DNA of 32,000 nucleotides from Mycolicibacterium smegmatis (GCF_001457595.1 NZ_LN831039.1:990001-1022000), one strand, 5' to 3'. Counted from the first letter of the stretch, positions 1-8,899 are shown. Made by a program: numbers and translations. The notes: generated by a model not told the origin, from the letters alone.

Positions 1-263
1 CCTTATCGCTGAGCTGTGATGGATGACACGATCGTCAATAAGTGAGAGCGAGCTAACAGCATTCACGGGGAAATGTTCAAGCGATTGCAACGAAATTGAT
101 CATGATCCGACGGGCGCGTCCGCGACGGATTGCCGCGACGGAATATGATTTGAACTGCGATAACCAAGATCTGCGACGCCGCTGACGGGCCTTTCTTGCG
201 TCGAGGAATCTTTCGAAGCGCAACAAAAGTGGCAGCGGTCTCCCACGAGTGGCGGCGGCAGGT

Positions 264-277
264 TAGAACACGTTCTA
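264..277. promoter_or_regulatory. Putative KstR-type operator (TAGAACACGTTCTA)
   Basis: Exact match to the published mycobacterial KstR consensus TnnAACnnGTTnnA, in an AT-richer non-coding stretch left of the oxidoreductase genes. Confidence 0.6.
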
Positions 278-438
278 TGGGCGCGGTCAACGCCGTCGCG
301 CGACACGGACGCCCACTCCTGTCGGAGCGGGCGTCCGATAGCTGATGTCAACCCGCCGAGGAGCGGCGTCCAATGCGCCCCGCGGGAAACGTGTACCGAC
401 TGTCGAAAAACAGCAAATGGTCTGCGTGGAGTGCGCGA

Positions 439-2604
439 TCACATCAACTTGTCGAGGGTGATCGGCAGATCGGTCATCCGGCGTCCGGTGGCGTTGAAGA
501 CGGCGTTGGCGACCGCCGCGGGTATCCCGACCACCACCAACTCGCCGATCCCCTTCACGCCGATCGGGTCGGCGATCAGATCCTCGCCCGGCAGGAACTC
601 CGCGTCGAGGTCGGGCACGTCGGCGTTGACCGGCACCAGGTAGTCGGACATGTTGGCGTTGACGATCCGTCCGTCGCGGTGATCGAGGTGAGTCGCCTCG
701 AGCAGCGCCGCCCCGATGCCCATCACCATGCCGCCGATGGCCTGGCTGTGCGCCAGCATCGGGTTCACGATGCGCCCGGCGTCGTAGCTCGCGAACATCC
801 GTCGCACGCGCACCGTGCCCAGTGCCTCGTCGACCGCGACCTCTGCGAAGACCGCGCCGAAAGAATGCATCGAGAACCTGTCGTGCGGGCCGTCCGGCGT
901 CCACTCCAGCTCGGCGGACAGTTCGTCGAGGCGGCGACGGCGCAGCAGCTCCTCGTACCGCTCGCCGCGGGCGGGTTCGCCGCGCGCGGCCATGCGGCCG
1001 TCGGCCACCTCGACGTCCGCGGGCGCCAGCCCGTGCAACGGCGACCCGGGATCGGTGACGGCCATGCGCACGAACCGGTCGCGCAGCATCATCCCTACGT
1101 TGTGGATCGACGAGCCCGCACTGGCCATCAGCCGGGATCCGGTCTGGGCCGGAGCCACCGGTAAGGCGCTGTCACCCAACTGGAACCGCACGCGATGCAG
1201 CGCGACACCGAGCGCGTCGGCGCCGACCTGGCTCATCGCGGTATAGGTACCGGGACCGATATCGCTCGCGCCGCACAGGATCTCGACGGTGCCGTCGTTA
1301 CGAACCCGTGCCGATGCGGCACACGGACTGACGAGCGTGACGAAGCTGGCCGCCGACACGCCCAACCCGATGAGCTGTCGGCCCTCCCGCACCGAGCGGG
1401 GCACGGGATTGCGTCGCGACCACCCGAACGCCGCTGCTCCTGATCGCAGGCACTCGGTGAGCCGACGGCTGGAGAACGGTAGATTGTCCGTCTGATCGCG
1501 TGTGGGTTCGTTGCGTACTCGCAGTTCGATCGGGTCCATCGCGAGCCGGTGCGCGAGGTCGTCCATCGCAGACTCCAGCGCGAAGTTGCCCGAAAGGTGC
1601 CCCGGGCCGCGCATCTGATTGCCGGGGTGGACGTCGAGTTCGACAGTGCGCAACGCCGAACGCATGTTGGGCGCCTGATACATGTAACTCGCCGCGCCGG
1701 TCACGTTGTCGACGTACGGGCTGTACCGGGACACCTCCACAGCGCCTTCGTGCACGATGGCGGTGATGCGGCCCGAGCGGTCGGCACCGATCGCGAGCCG
1801 CTGCCGGTTGCGTGGCCGGTATCCCGTGACGGCGTACAGATGCCTCCGGGTCAGCATCAGTTTGACCGGCCTCCGGACGTGGCGCGCCACATGTGCCGCG
1901 ATGGCCTGATGCGGCCACACCTGGCCGGCGTTGCCGAAGGCACCGCCGACGAACGGCGATATGACACGGACGTTCTCCGCCGGCACGCCCAGCGCGTCGG
2001 CGTACTGCTGGCGGGCCCCGCTGACGGATTGCACCTTGTCCCACACCGTCAGACGATCGCCCTCCCACCGTGCCACGACCGCGTTGATCTCCATCGGATT
2101 GTGGTTGTTGCGTTCCATCGAACAGCGCAGGTCGGTCACCACGGCCGACCCGCGCAGTGCCGCGTCGGCGTCGCCGCGCGAGTAATCCCGTGTGGGAGTC
2201 GGGTTTTGGTCGGAGGCGTCTGGAGCGTCCATGTCGGTCAGCTGCGGTTGTGTCGAGTAGCGGACCGCCACAAGGGATGCGGCGTGGGTCGCTGCCTCGA
2301 GCGTGGTCGCGACCACGACGGCCACCGCCTGCCCGAACGCGCAGACCTGCTGCGGATCGTATTTCAATGTCAGACCGTCGAAGTCGGTGATGACATCGAC
2401 CACCTCAGGTGCCCGCCTCGCCGCGTCGGTGTGGACGGCGTCCACCGCGCCACGAGCCACGGTGGCGCCGACCAGCACGGCGAACAGCGCGTCGGGAACC
2501 TCGGCGTCGGCGGCGTAGCGTGCCTGCCCGGTCACCTTGAGGCGTCCGTCGACACGGGGCACCGCACGTCCGGCAAGTGCCGGTGTGGCCTGCGGGGCGG
2601 TCAT
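439..2604 (-). CDS. Xanthine/aldehyde oxidoreductase, molybdopterin-binding large subunit (PaoC/YagR-like)
   Basis: 721 aa ORF; motifs 'SPFVGGAFGNAGQ', 'EPTRDQTDNLPFSSRRL', 'IGVKGIGELVVVGIPAAVANAV'; third gene in a compact three-gene set. Confidence 0.93.
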   Translation of the reverse strand: MTAPQATPALAGRAVPRVDGRLKVTGQARYAADAEVPDALFAVLVGATVARGAVDAVHTDAARRAPEVVDVITDFDGLTLKYDPQQVCAFGQAVAVVVATTLEAATHAASLVAVRYSTQPQLTDMDAPDASDQNPTPTRDYSRGDADAALRGSAVVTDLRCSMERNNHNPMEINAVVARWEGDRLTVWDKVQSVSGARQQYADALGVPAENVRVISPFVGGAFGNAGQVWPHQAIAAHVARHVRRPVKLMLTRRHLYAVTGYRPRNRQRLAIGADRSGRITAIVHEGAVEVSRYSPYVDNVTGAASYMYQAPNMRSALRTVELDVHPGNQMRGPGHLSGNFALESAMDDLAHRLAMDPIELRVRNEPTRDQTDNLPFSSRRLTECLRSGAAAFGWSRRNPVPRSVREGRQLIGLGVSAASFVTLVSPCAASARVRNDGTVEILCGASDIGPGTYTAMSQVGADALGVALHRVRFQLGDSALPVAPAQTGSRLMASAGSSIHNVGMMLRDRFVRMAVTDPGSPLHGLAPADVEVADGRMAARGEPARGERYEELLRRRRLDELSAELEWTPDGPHDRFSMHSFGAVFAEVAVDEALGTVRVRRMFASYDAGRIVNPMLAHSQAIGGMVMGIGAALLEATHLDHRDGRIVNANMSDYLVPVNADVPDLDAEFLPGEDLIADPIGVKGIGELVVVGIPAAVANAVFNATGRRMTDLPITLDKLM

Positions 2605-3575
2605 TGCACACCCGCGATGGTCTCGAGCTCACGGGCGACGGTGCGCTTGAGCAGTTCCACCTTGAATCCGTTCTCCGACAACGGCCGTGCGCCTTCAGCG
2701 GACAGGTCGGCCGCGGCGCGGATGGCGTCCGCGGTTGCCGGCCTGCCGGCCAGCGCGCGCTCCACCGCGGGCAGGCGCCACGGCACCGTGCCCACGCCGC
2801 CAGCCGCCACGCGGGCCGACCGGATCGTCGAGCCCTGTATGTCGAGCGCCACCGCGGCCGAACAGATCGCGAACTCGTACGACGTACGGTCGCGCACCTT
2901 GAGATATCCGGACCGGCGTGCCGGTGTCGCGGGAACCTCGACAGCGGTGATCAACTGACCCGGCCTCATGTTGTGCTCCTGCTCGGGCGTAGTCCCGGGC
3001 ACACGGTAGAAATCCGCGAGGCGAACAATGTTCTCTCCGTCGGTGTCCCGCAGCACCACCCGTGCGTCGAGTGCGGTCAGCGCGACCGCGAGATCGGACG
3101 GGTGGGTGGCCACGCACTGGTCACTGGTGCCCAGGATGGCGTGCGTGCGGTTGCGCCCGCCGATCGCCGGACAACCGCTTCCCGGTTCGCGGCGGTTGCA
3201 CGCGGACGTGACATCGCGAAAGTACAGGCAGCGTGGCCGTTGCATCAGATTGCCTCCGATGGAGGCCATGTTCCGCAGCTGAGCGGACGCGCTGAGGTTC
3301 AACGCCTCTGCGATGACGGGATATTCGGTGCGGACGACGGGATGCGCGGCCAGTTCGGACATCCGCACGAGTGCCCCGATGCGTAACCCGTCGCGGGTCA
3401 CGTCGATCGCGCGGTACGGCAGCGCGTTGATGTCGACGAGGGATTCCGGTCGCTCGACGGTTTCCCGCATCAGGTCGACAAGGGTGGTGCCGCCCGCGAC
3501 GTAGCGGCCGCCCGATCCGGCGGCGTTGAGGGCCGATCGTTCGTCGGCGGCCTTGGTGAAGGTGAACGGATGCAC
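2601..3575 (-). CDS. Oxidoreductase FAD-binding medium subunit (PaoB/YagS-like)
   Basis: 324 aa ORF with GTG start; 'AGGTTLVDLMRE', 'RNMASIGGNLMQRPRCLYFR'; overlaps the large-subunit start by 4 nt. Confidence 0.93.
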   Translation of the reverse strand: MHPFTFTKAADERSALNAAGSGGRYVAGGTTLVDLMRETVERPESLVDINALPYRAIDVTRDGLRIGALVRMSELAAHPVVRTEYPVIAEALNLSASAQLRNMASIGGNLMQRPRCLYFRDVTSACNRREPGSGCPAIGGRNRTHAILGTSDQCVATHPSDLAVALTALDARVVLRDTDGENIVRLADFYRVPGTTPEQEHNMRPGQLITAVEVPATPARRSGYLKVRDRTSYEFAICSAAVALDIQGSTIRSARVAAGGVGTVPWRLPAVERALAGRPATADAIRAAADLSAEGARPLSENGFKVELLKRTVARELETIAGVQ

Positions 3576-3578
3576 GGA

Positions 3579-4196
3579 TCATTCCCCCTGACGTGCGACG
3601 GCGGCCACCGCGTCGACGATGTTGACGTAGGCTCCGCAGCGACAGATGTTGCCGCTCATCGATTCTCGGATCTCCTCGGGTGAATTGGCGTGGCCCTCCC
3701 GGATGCACGCGACGCCCGACATGATCTGGCCTGGCGTGCAATAGCCACACTGCAGCGCGTCGCGGTCGATGAACGCCTGCTGCAACGGATGCAGGCGGCC
3801 GTTGTCTTCCAGGCCCTCGATCGTGGTGATCTCGGCCCCGTCGTGCATGACCGCCAGGGTCAGGCACGACACCACACGTTCTCCGTTGAGATGGATGGTG
3901 CAGGCACCGCATGCGCCTTGGTCGCAGCCCTTTTTCGTGCCGGTGAGCCCGACGCGTTCACGCAGCATGTCCAGCAGCGAGGTGCGGTTGTCGACGTCGA
4001 CCACACGTTGCTCGCCGTTGATGCTCATCCGTACTGTGGTCGATTCTGCTTGGGGTTCAACATCTTGGGTGGAACAACTCGCGAGCAGCGGCAGGGTCAT
4101 CGCACCGCCGACCGTGATCGAGGCGCCGATGAACGTGCGTCGTCGGATCTGCCACGCAAGTGCTTCAGCGGTGTCGTGCGTTTCGTGTGTCGTCAC
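3579..4196 (-). CDS. 2Fe-2S small subunit (PaoA/YagT-like), exported by a Tat-type signal
   Basis: Two [2Fe-2S] motif sets 'KGCDQGACGACTIHLNG' and 'CGYCTPGQI...GNICRCGAY'. The tracked ORF to 4502 is over-extended; a GTG at 4196 with AGGAGGAG upstream is better and starts VTTHETHDTAEALAWQIRRRTFIG. Confidence 0.9.
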   Translation of the reverse strand: MTTHETHDTAEALAWQIRRRTFIGASITVGGAMTLPLLASCSTQDVEPQAESTTVRMSINGEQRVVDVDNRTSLLDMLRERVGLTGTKKGCDQGACGACTIHLNGERVVSCLTLAVMHDGAEITTIEGLEDNGRLHPLQQAFIDRDALQCGYCTPGQIMSGVACIREGHANSPEEIRESMSGNICRCGAYVNIVDAVAAVARQGE

Positions 4197-4375
4197 GTGC
4201 TCTCCTCCTGACGTCGGCGATGTCACGCGGACGACCGCCGATGTGCCAACCCTATGTACGTGACGGCGGGTCTCCCCGAAGCTCATAGGAAACACATATG
4301 AACATGGCAGGTGATGCCGATTCGGGTCACCGTCGGACTCCGATACGGTTGTGATGCAGCGTGATTCGCTGGTTC

Positions 4376-4643
4376 CCCAAATGAAGAGGTTGTCGTGCGC
4401 GATGAACCAGCGGGCGCGTTCCTCACCGGTCAGATCGGCGAGGTGCTCGAAACCGACGAAATACGCCTCACGTGGCGCACCGGGTGAAAACAACATCAGC
4501 AACGATGTCGGGGCGTCGGCCTCGTTGCGGAAGCCATGAATGCGCCCGGGCGGCGCGTAGGGAAAATCGCCCTGATTTCCATCGGCTCTACTACCGCCAG
4601 TCGTAGAGCCAGATTGGTACTTGACCCTGCCGAACGAGTCGGC
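4376..4643 (-). pseudogene. Remnant of a cupin-domain protein, central barrel apparently deleted
   Basis: Minus-strand frame reads TADSFGRVKYQSGSTTGGSRADGNQGDFPYAPPGRIHGFRNEADAPTSLLMLFSPGAPREAYFVGFEHLADLTGEERARWFIAHDNLFIWG. It resembles the start and C-terminal half of quercetinase-like cupins, without a full barrel or own stop. Confidence 0.45.
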
Positions 4644-4731
4644 GGTGACCAGCCTGGCCGCGGGCGGTCGTTCGGGGCGGCGGATAACCTAGCAGATATC
4701 AGAACGCTGGCTGGTGACGTCAGGAGGGCGC

Positions 4732-5484
4732 ATGAGGGCACTGCTGTCGCGCGAGGTCGGCGACGCGATCCGCGACTACATCGTCGAACACGGTCTCAAG
4801 CCGGGTGATGCCCTGCCGTCCGAGGGTGAGCTGGCGACGCTGCTCGACGTCGGAAAGACCTCGGTGCGCGAGGCGCTGCGCCGGCTGGAAGCGCACGGCG
4901 TCGTCGAGGTACGGCGGGGGAGGGGCCTGTTCGTCGGCACGTTCAGTTTCGGTCCGCTCATCGAGCACCTGCCGTACGGGCTGCAGGCCGACAACGTCCC
5001 GCTGCGCCAACTCCTGCAGGCGCGCCGTGCCCTGGAGGAGGGCCTGGTGTGCGAGGTCGCCAGGGTGATCACGGCCGAGGACCTCGACCGCCTCGACGCG
5101 CTCGTCGAGCAGATGCGGGCGCACACCGTCGACGGGCGGGTGCCCGCCGAGGTCGATCAGGCGTTTCACCAGGCGCTCTTCGCGCCACTCGGCAATCCGT
5201 TCGTGCTGCAGTTGATCGACGTCTTCTGGAGCATCTTCCGGCGTGCGTCGGACCGCATCGTTCTGGACCTGCGACGCCCCACCGCCGAGGACCATGCCGC
5301 GATCGTCGACGCGCTGCGCTCCGGCGACCGTGCCGCGATGACCGACGCCGTGGCCCGGCACTTCGAGGATCTGCAGCGCAGCCTCGACGCCGAAGTGAAC
5401 AGTCCGCTCGCGGACGAGGTGAACAGTCCGCTCGCGGACGAAGTGAAGAGTCCGCTCGCGGACGGAGCCGACGAACCCTCTTGA
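4732..5484 (+). CDS. FadR-subfamily GntR transcriptional regulator
   Basis: N-terminal wHTH 'LKPGDALPSEGELATLLDVGKTSVREALRRLEAHGVVEVRRGRGLFV' plus FCD domain; AGGAGG upstream of ATG 4732 (alternative GTG 4714). Confidence 0.9.
   Translation: MRALLSREVGDAIRDYIVEHGLKPGDALPSEGELATLLDVGKTSVREALRRLEAHGVVEVRRGRGLFVGTFSFGPLIEHLPYGLQADNVPLRQLLQARRALEEGLVCEVARVITAEDLDRLDALVEQMRAHTVDGRVPAEVDQAFHQALFAPLGNPFVLQLIDVFWSIFRRASDRIVLDLRRPTAEDHAAIVDALRSGDRAAMTDAVARHFEDLQRSLDAEVNSPLADEVNSPLADEVKSPLADGADEPS
5392..5463 (+). repeat. Three tandem 24-nt in-frame repeats encoding EV(N/K)SPLAD
   Basis: gaagtgaacagtccgctcgcggac / gaggtgaacagtccgctcgcggac / gaagtgaagagtccgctcgcggac, read directly. Confidence 0.97.
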
Positions 5485-5524
5485 TGTGACCTGGGTCATG
5501 GAGTAGCGTCCGCCTGGACACCAC

Positions 5525-5535
5525 ATATCTGATAT
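5525..5535. promoter_or_regulatory. Palindrome ATATC-T-GATAT, candidate operator of the adjacent regulator
   Basis: Perfect 5-bp arms, 20 nt before the MFS start; a partial copy (AGATATCAGA) lies at 4694-4703 before the regulator gene. Confidence 0.45.
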
Positions 5536-5554
5536 CCCATAAGTCAGGGGCGCC

Positions 5555-6958
5555 ATGGCCAACTCCAGAGCCGGTGAGGAATCGCTGACCCCCACGCAAT
5601 GGAAACAGTTCTTCGCTGCGTGGCTGGGCTACCTCCTCGATGGCTTCGACTTCCTGCTCATCACGCTCGTCCTCACCGAGGTCGCCGACGAATTCGACCT
5701 CGACCTGGTGACCGCGTCGACCCTGGTCAGCGCGGCCTTCGTGTCCCGCTGGTTCGGGGGCCTGCTGCTCGGCGCGATCGGCGACCGATTCGGCCGGCAA
5801 CCCGCGATGGTCATCAGCATCCTGTGCTTCTCGATCGGCAGCTTCCTGTGCGGTCTGTCGTGGGGGTACTGGTCGTTGTTCGTCTTCCGCGCGATCGTCG
5901 GCCTCGGCATGGCCGGCGAGTACGCCTCCAGCGTGACGTACGCGATGGAGTCCTGGCCCAAGCGATTCCGCAACCGGGCCAGCGGCGCGCTGCTGTCGGC
6001 CTATCCGATCGGTGTGGTGCTGGCCAGTCAGCTGTACGCGGTGGTGGTTCCGCATCTCGGATGGCGGTGGATGTTCTTCATCGGCCTGGTGCCCGCGTTC
6101 GTCGCATGGTGGATGCGGCGCACCCTGCCCGAGGCCCAGGAATGGCAGAGCAGCGTCGGCCGCAGCGGGGCAACCCGCACCACCATGCAGCTGTTGTTCA
6201 GCGGCGGCAGGCGACAACTCAACATCGGCGTCACCGTTGTCGCGGTCGCGGTACTGGTACTCATCTTCAGCCGCACCGTCACCGGCCTGGGTGTCTGGCC
6301 GCTCGCGGTGATCGCCGCGGCCTGCTTCTACGCACTCGCGCGTCAGATCGCCGGGACGCTCACGCCGATGTTCGTCATGCTCGTCGTGACCGTCCTGGCC
6401 GCGTTCCTGTACTCCTGGCCGACACAATCGCTGCTGCCCACCTATCTCAAGACCGAACTGCACTTCGACCCCGCCCAGGTGAGCCGTGTCCTGTTGTGGG
6501 CCGGCCTGGGATACGCTGCGGGATCGGTGATCTCGGGCGTGATCGCCGACCGGTTGGGTACCCGGCGCACCTACGTGCTCGGGCTGGTGATCTCCCTGGC
6601 GTTCGTGGTGCCGGTGTTCGCCCTCGACGGTGCGCACATCGTGTGGCTGTGGGTGCTGATCTTCGGGCTGCAGTTCACCAGCCAGGGCATCTCAGGGCTG
6701 CTGCCGAAGTTCCTGTCCGACCACCTACCGGTCAACGTGCGGGCGAGTTCGCTCGGATTCTGTTACAACATAGGTGCTTTGGGTGGTGCGGTCGCGCCCA
6801 TCGCGGGTGCGTCCATCGCGGAATCGATCGGCCTGGGCAACGCACTGATGGTGCTCACATTGAGCTTCACCACCCTGTTGGCCATCCTCGTCGGCTTCGA
6901 CATACCCCGGCGGTTCGCCCCGAAGGATCTCGAGAAGGAAGAGGGGGTTTCGGTATGA
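5555..6958 (+). CDS. MFS transporter, sialate/aromatic-acid:H+ symporter-like
   Basis: 467 aa, about 12 hydrophobic segments; 'GAIGDRFGRQPAM' and 'DRLGTRRTY' MFS loops. Confidence 0.9.
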   Translation: MANSRAGEESLTPTQWKQFFAAWLGYLLDGFDFLLITLVLTEVADEFDLDLVTASTLVSAAFVSRWFGGLLLGAIGDRFGRQPAMVISILCFSIGSFLCGLSWGYWSLFVFRAIVGLGMAGEYASSVTYAMESWPKRFRNRASGALLSAYPIGVVLASQLYAVVVPHLGWRWMFFIGLVPAFVAWWMRRTLPEAQEWQSSVGRSGATRTTMQLLFSGGRRQLNIGVTVVAVAVLVLIFSRTVTGLGVWPLAVIAAACFYALARQIAGTLTPMFVMLVVTVLAAFLYSWPTQSLLPTYLKTELHFDPAQVSRVLLWAGLGYAAGSVISGVIADRLGTRRTYVLGLVISLAFVVPVFALDGAHIVWLWVLIFGLQFTSQGISGLLPKFLSDHLPVNVRASSLGFCYNIGALGGAVAPIAGASIAESIGLGNALMVLTLSFTTLLAILVGFDIPRRFAPKDLEKEEGVSV

Positions 6959-7887
6959 CCCGAGAATTGACCTCAGATCTGGCGGGCATCATCCCGCCGC
7001 TGACCACACCGCTCACGGCCGACGGCGACGTCGACACCGCGTCGCTGGAACGTCTGTGCGGGTTTTTGCTCGACGCAGGCGTCGACGGACTCTTCGTCTG
7101 TGGGTCCTCGGGTGAGGTGGCGTTGCTGTCGGACGCCCAACGCGCCAAGGCTATCCAGGTCGCCGCCGGTGCGGCGTCGGGTCAGGTGCCGGTGCTCGGG
7201 GGCATCATCGACACCGGCACGGCGCGGGTCGTCGACCACGCTCTCGCGGCCCAGAAAGCCGGTGCCGACGCCGTCGTGGCGACGCCGCCGTTCTACGTCG
7301 CACCGCATGCCGACGAGGTGATCCGGCACTACCGGCTGATCGCCGCTGCGGTCGACGTACCCGTGGTGGCCTACGACATTCCCAGCGCCACCCACTCACC
7401 GCTGACGCGATCCGTCGTCGCGCAGCTCGCGGGCGAGAAAACCGTTGCCGCGCTCAAGGATTCGAGCGGTGACCTGGACGGATTCCGTGCTCACCTGGCG
7501 GCGAACGCCGACACGGGGCTGCGGGTGTTCACCGGGTCGGAGACCATGACCGATGTGGCGCTGAACCTGGGTGCACACGGCGCGGTGCCTGGCCTGGCCA
7601 ACGTCGACCCGCACGGCTACGTCCGGATCCGCCAGGCCGCGCGTGCCGGCGACTGGGCCACCGCGGCGTCCGAACAGGAGCGGCTGCGGCGCATCTTCGC
7701 GATCGTCGACGTCGCGGACCGCAGCCGGATCGGCTTCACCGCGGGTGCGCTCGGCGCGTTCAAGGCCGCCCAGTACTTGCGCGGTGTCATCGACACGCCG
7801 CGGTGCGCCGATCCGCTGCTCCCGCTGGAGAGCAGCGAGATCGACGCCGTGCGAACCATTCTCGAGCGCGAGGGCGTCCTCGGCTAG
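6955..7887 (+). CDS. Dihydrodipicolinate synthase/N-acetylneuraminate lyase family protein
   Basis: 'GIIPPLTTPLTADGDVD', 'GSSGEVALLS', 'VVAYDIPSAT', Schiff-base lysine context 'TVAALKDSSGD'; ATGA overlap with the MFS gene. Confidence 0.9.
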   Translation: MTRELTSDLAGIIPPLTTPLTADGDVDTASLERLCGFLLDAGVDGLFVCGSSGEVALLSDAQRAKAIQVAAGAASGQVPVLGGIIDTGTARVVDHALAAQKAGADAVVATPPFYVAPHADEVIRHYRLIAAAVDVPVVAYDIPSATHSPLTRSVVAQLAGEKTVAALKDSSGDLDGFRAHLAANADTGLRVFTGSETMTDVALNLGAHGAVPGLANVDPHGYVRIRQAARAGDWATAASEQERLRRIFAIVDVADRSRIGFTAGALGAFKAAQYLRGVIDTPRCADPLLPLESSEIDAVRTILEREGVLG

Positions 7888-8801
7888 GCCTGCTGCAACT
7901 GCGTGCCGACGGGGAACGTCACGCCCGTGAGTTCCTCGGACACCGCCCACAGCCGGCGCTGCAGATCGGCGTCGTGCGACTGGGCGCTGGACGCCACCAC
8001 CTTGGGGTAGCCCCGCGTCTCGCCGATCCCGTCGGGGCCGAAGTACTGCCCACCGAGGGCGCCCGGGTCGGTCGCGGCGCGCAGTGTCGGCAGCGCCCCG
8101 AGGGCGGCGTCCTGCGCCAGCGGGGTCACGAGGCGCTCCAGGGGACCAGGCAGGTGGCGAGCGAGTTCGGTGTTCGACGCGCCCGGATGAGCGGCCAGGG
8201 CCGTGGTCTGGTGACCGGTGAGGCGGCGCTGCAGCTCATAGGTGAACAGCAGGTTGGCCAACTTCGACTGCCCGTATGCCGCGACCCGGTTGTAGCGGCG
8301 TTCCCACTGCAGATCGTCGAAGTGGATCTTCGCGAGGATGCGGTGGCCCTGGCTGCTGACCGTGACGACGCGCGAGCCCGGCACCGTCAGCATGCGATCG
8401 AGCAGCAGGCCGGTCAGCGCGAAGTGGCCCAGATGGTTGGTGCCGAACTGCAGCTCGAAACCGTCCTCGGTGGTCTGCCGCGGTGGCCACATGACGCCCG
8501 CGTTGTTGATGAGCAGGTCGATCCGGTCGAACTTGCCCTTGAGGTCGTCGGCGGCTGCGCGCACCGAGGCCAGCGACCCCAGGTCGAGCTGCTGCAACTC
8601 CAGGTCTGCGGTGGGCGCGCTGCGCGCGATCCAGTCGACCGCGGCCTTGCCCTTGTCCAGATTGCGCACCGCGAGCACCACATGGGCGCCCTTGGCGGCA
8701 AGCGCCTTTGCGGTTTCGAGGCCGAGGCCGGTGTTGGCGCCCGTGACGATCGCGACGCGGCCTGTTTGATCGGGAATCCTGGCGGTGGTCCATTTGGTCA
8801 T
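7884..8801 (-). CDS. Short-chain dehydrogenase/reductase (retinol-dehydrogenase-like SDR)
   Basis: 'VTGANTGLGLETAKALA', 'LLINNAGVM', YxxxK in 'AAYGQSKLANLLF'. Confidence 0.92.
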   Translation of the reverse strand: MTKWTTARIPDQTGRVAIVTGANTGLGLETAKALAAKGAHVVLAVRNLDKGKAAVDWIARSAPTADLELQQLDLGSLASVRAAADDLKGKFDRIDLLINNAGVMWPPRQTTEDGFELQFGTNHLGHFALTGLLLDRMLTVPGSRVVTVSSQGHRILAKIHFDDLQWERRYNRVAAYGQSKLANLLFTYELQRRLTGHQTTALAAHPGASNTELARHLPGPLERLVTPLAQDAALGALPTLRAATDPGALGGQYFGPDGIGETRGYPKVVASSAQSHDADLQRRLWAVSEELTGVTFPVGTQLQQA

Positions 8802-8899
8802 GGGAGACTCCTCGTGAGCGGTATCCGGAGTGAGCGCCCCGGTTGACCCGACTATACGGAACGTGCGCCCCGTTTTGTCAACGGTGATGTGGTGATGAG

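Noticed and set aside
1549-2958. 469 aa plus-strand ORF opposite the molybdopterin subunit
   Set aside because: Shadow frame in high-GC DNA, rich in Arg/His/Val with no recognisable domain; crosses the boundary of two real genes.
5069-6637. 522 aa minus-strand ORF
   Set aside because: Antisense to the regulator and MFS genes, highly charged Arg/Glu/His composition, no domain motif.
5599-6954. Upstream part of the 762 aa plus-strand ORF ending at 7887, as a fusion to the lyase
   Set aside because: The region encodes the MFS transporter in another frame; the lyase starts at ATG 6955 via a normal ATGA overlap.
8850-8885. Possible TetR operator in the SDR/TetR intergenic region (ACTATACGGAACGTGCGCCCCGTTTTGT)
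   Set aside because: One half looks operator-like but the other half does not pair well; insufficient symmetry to call.
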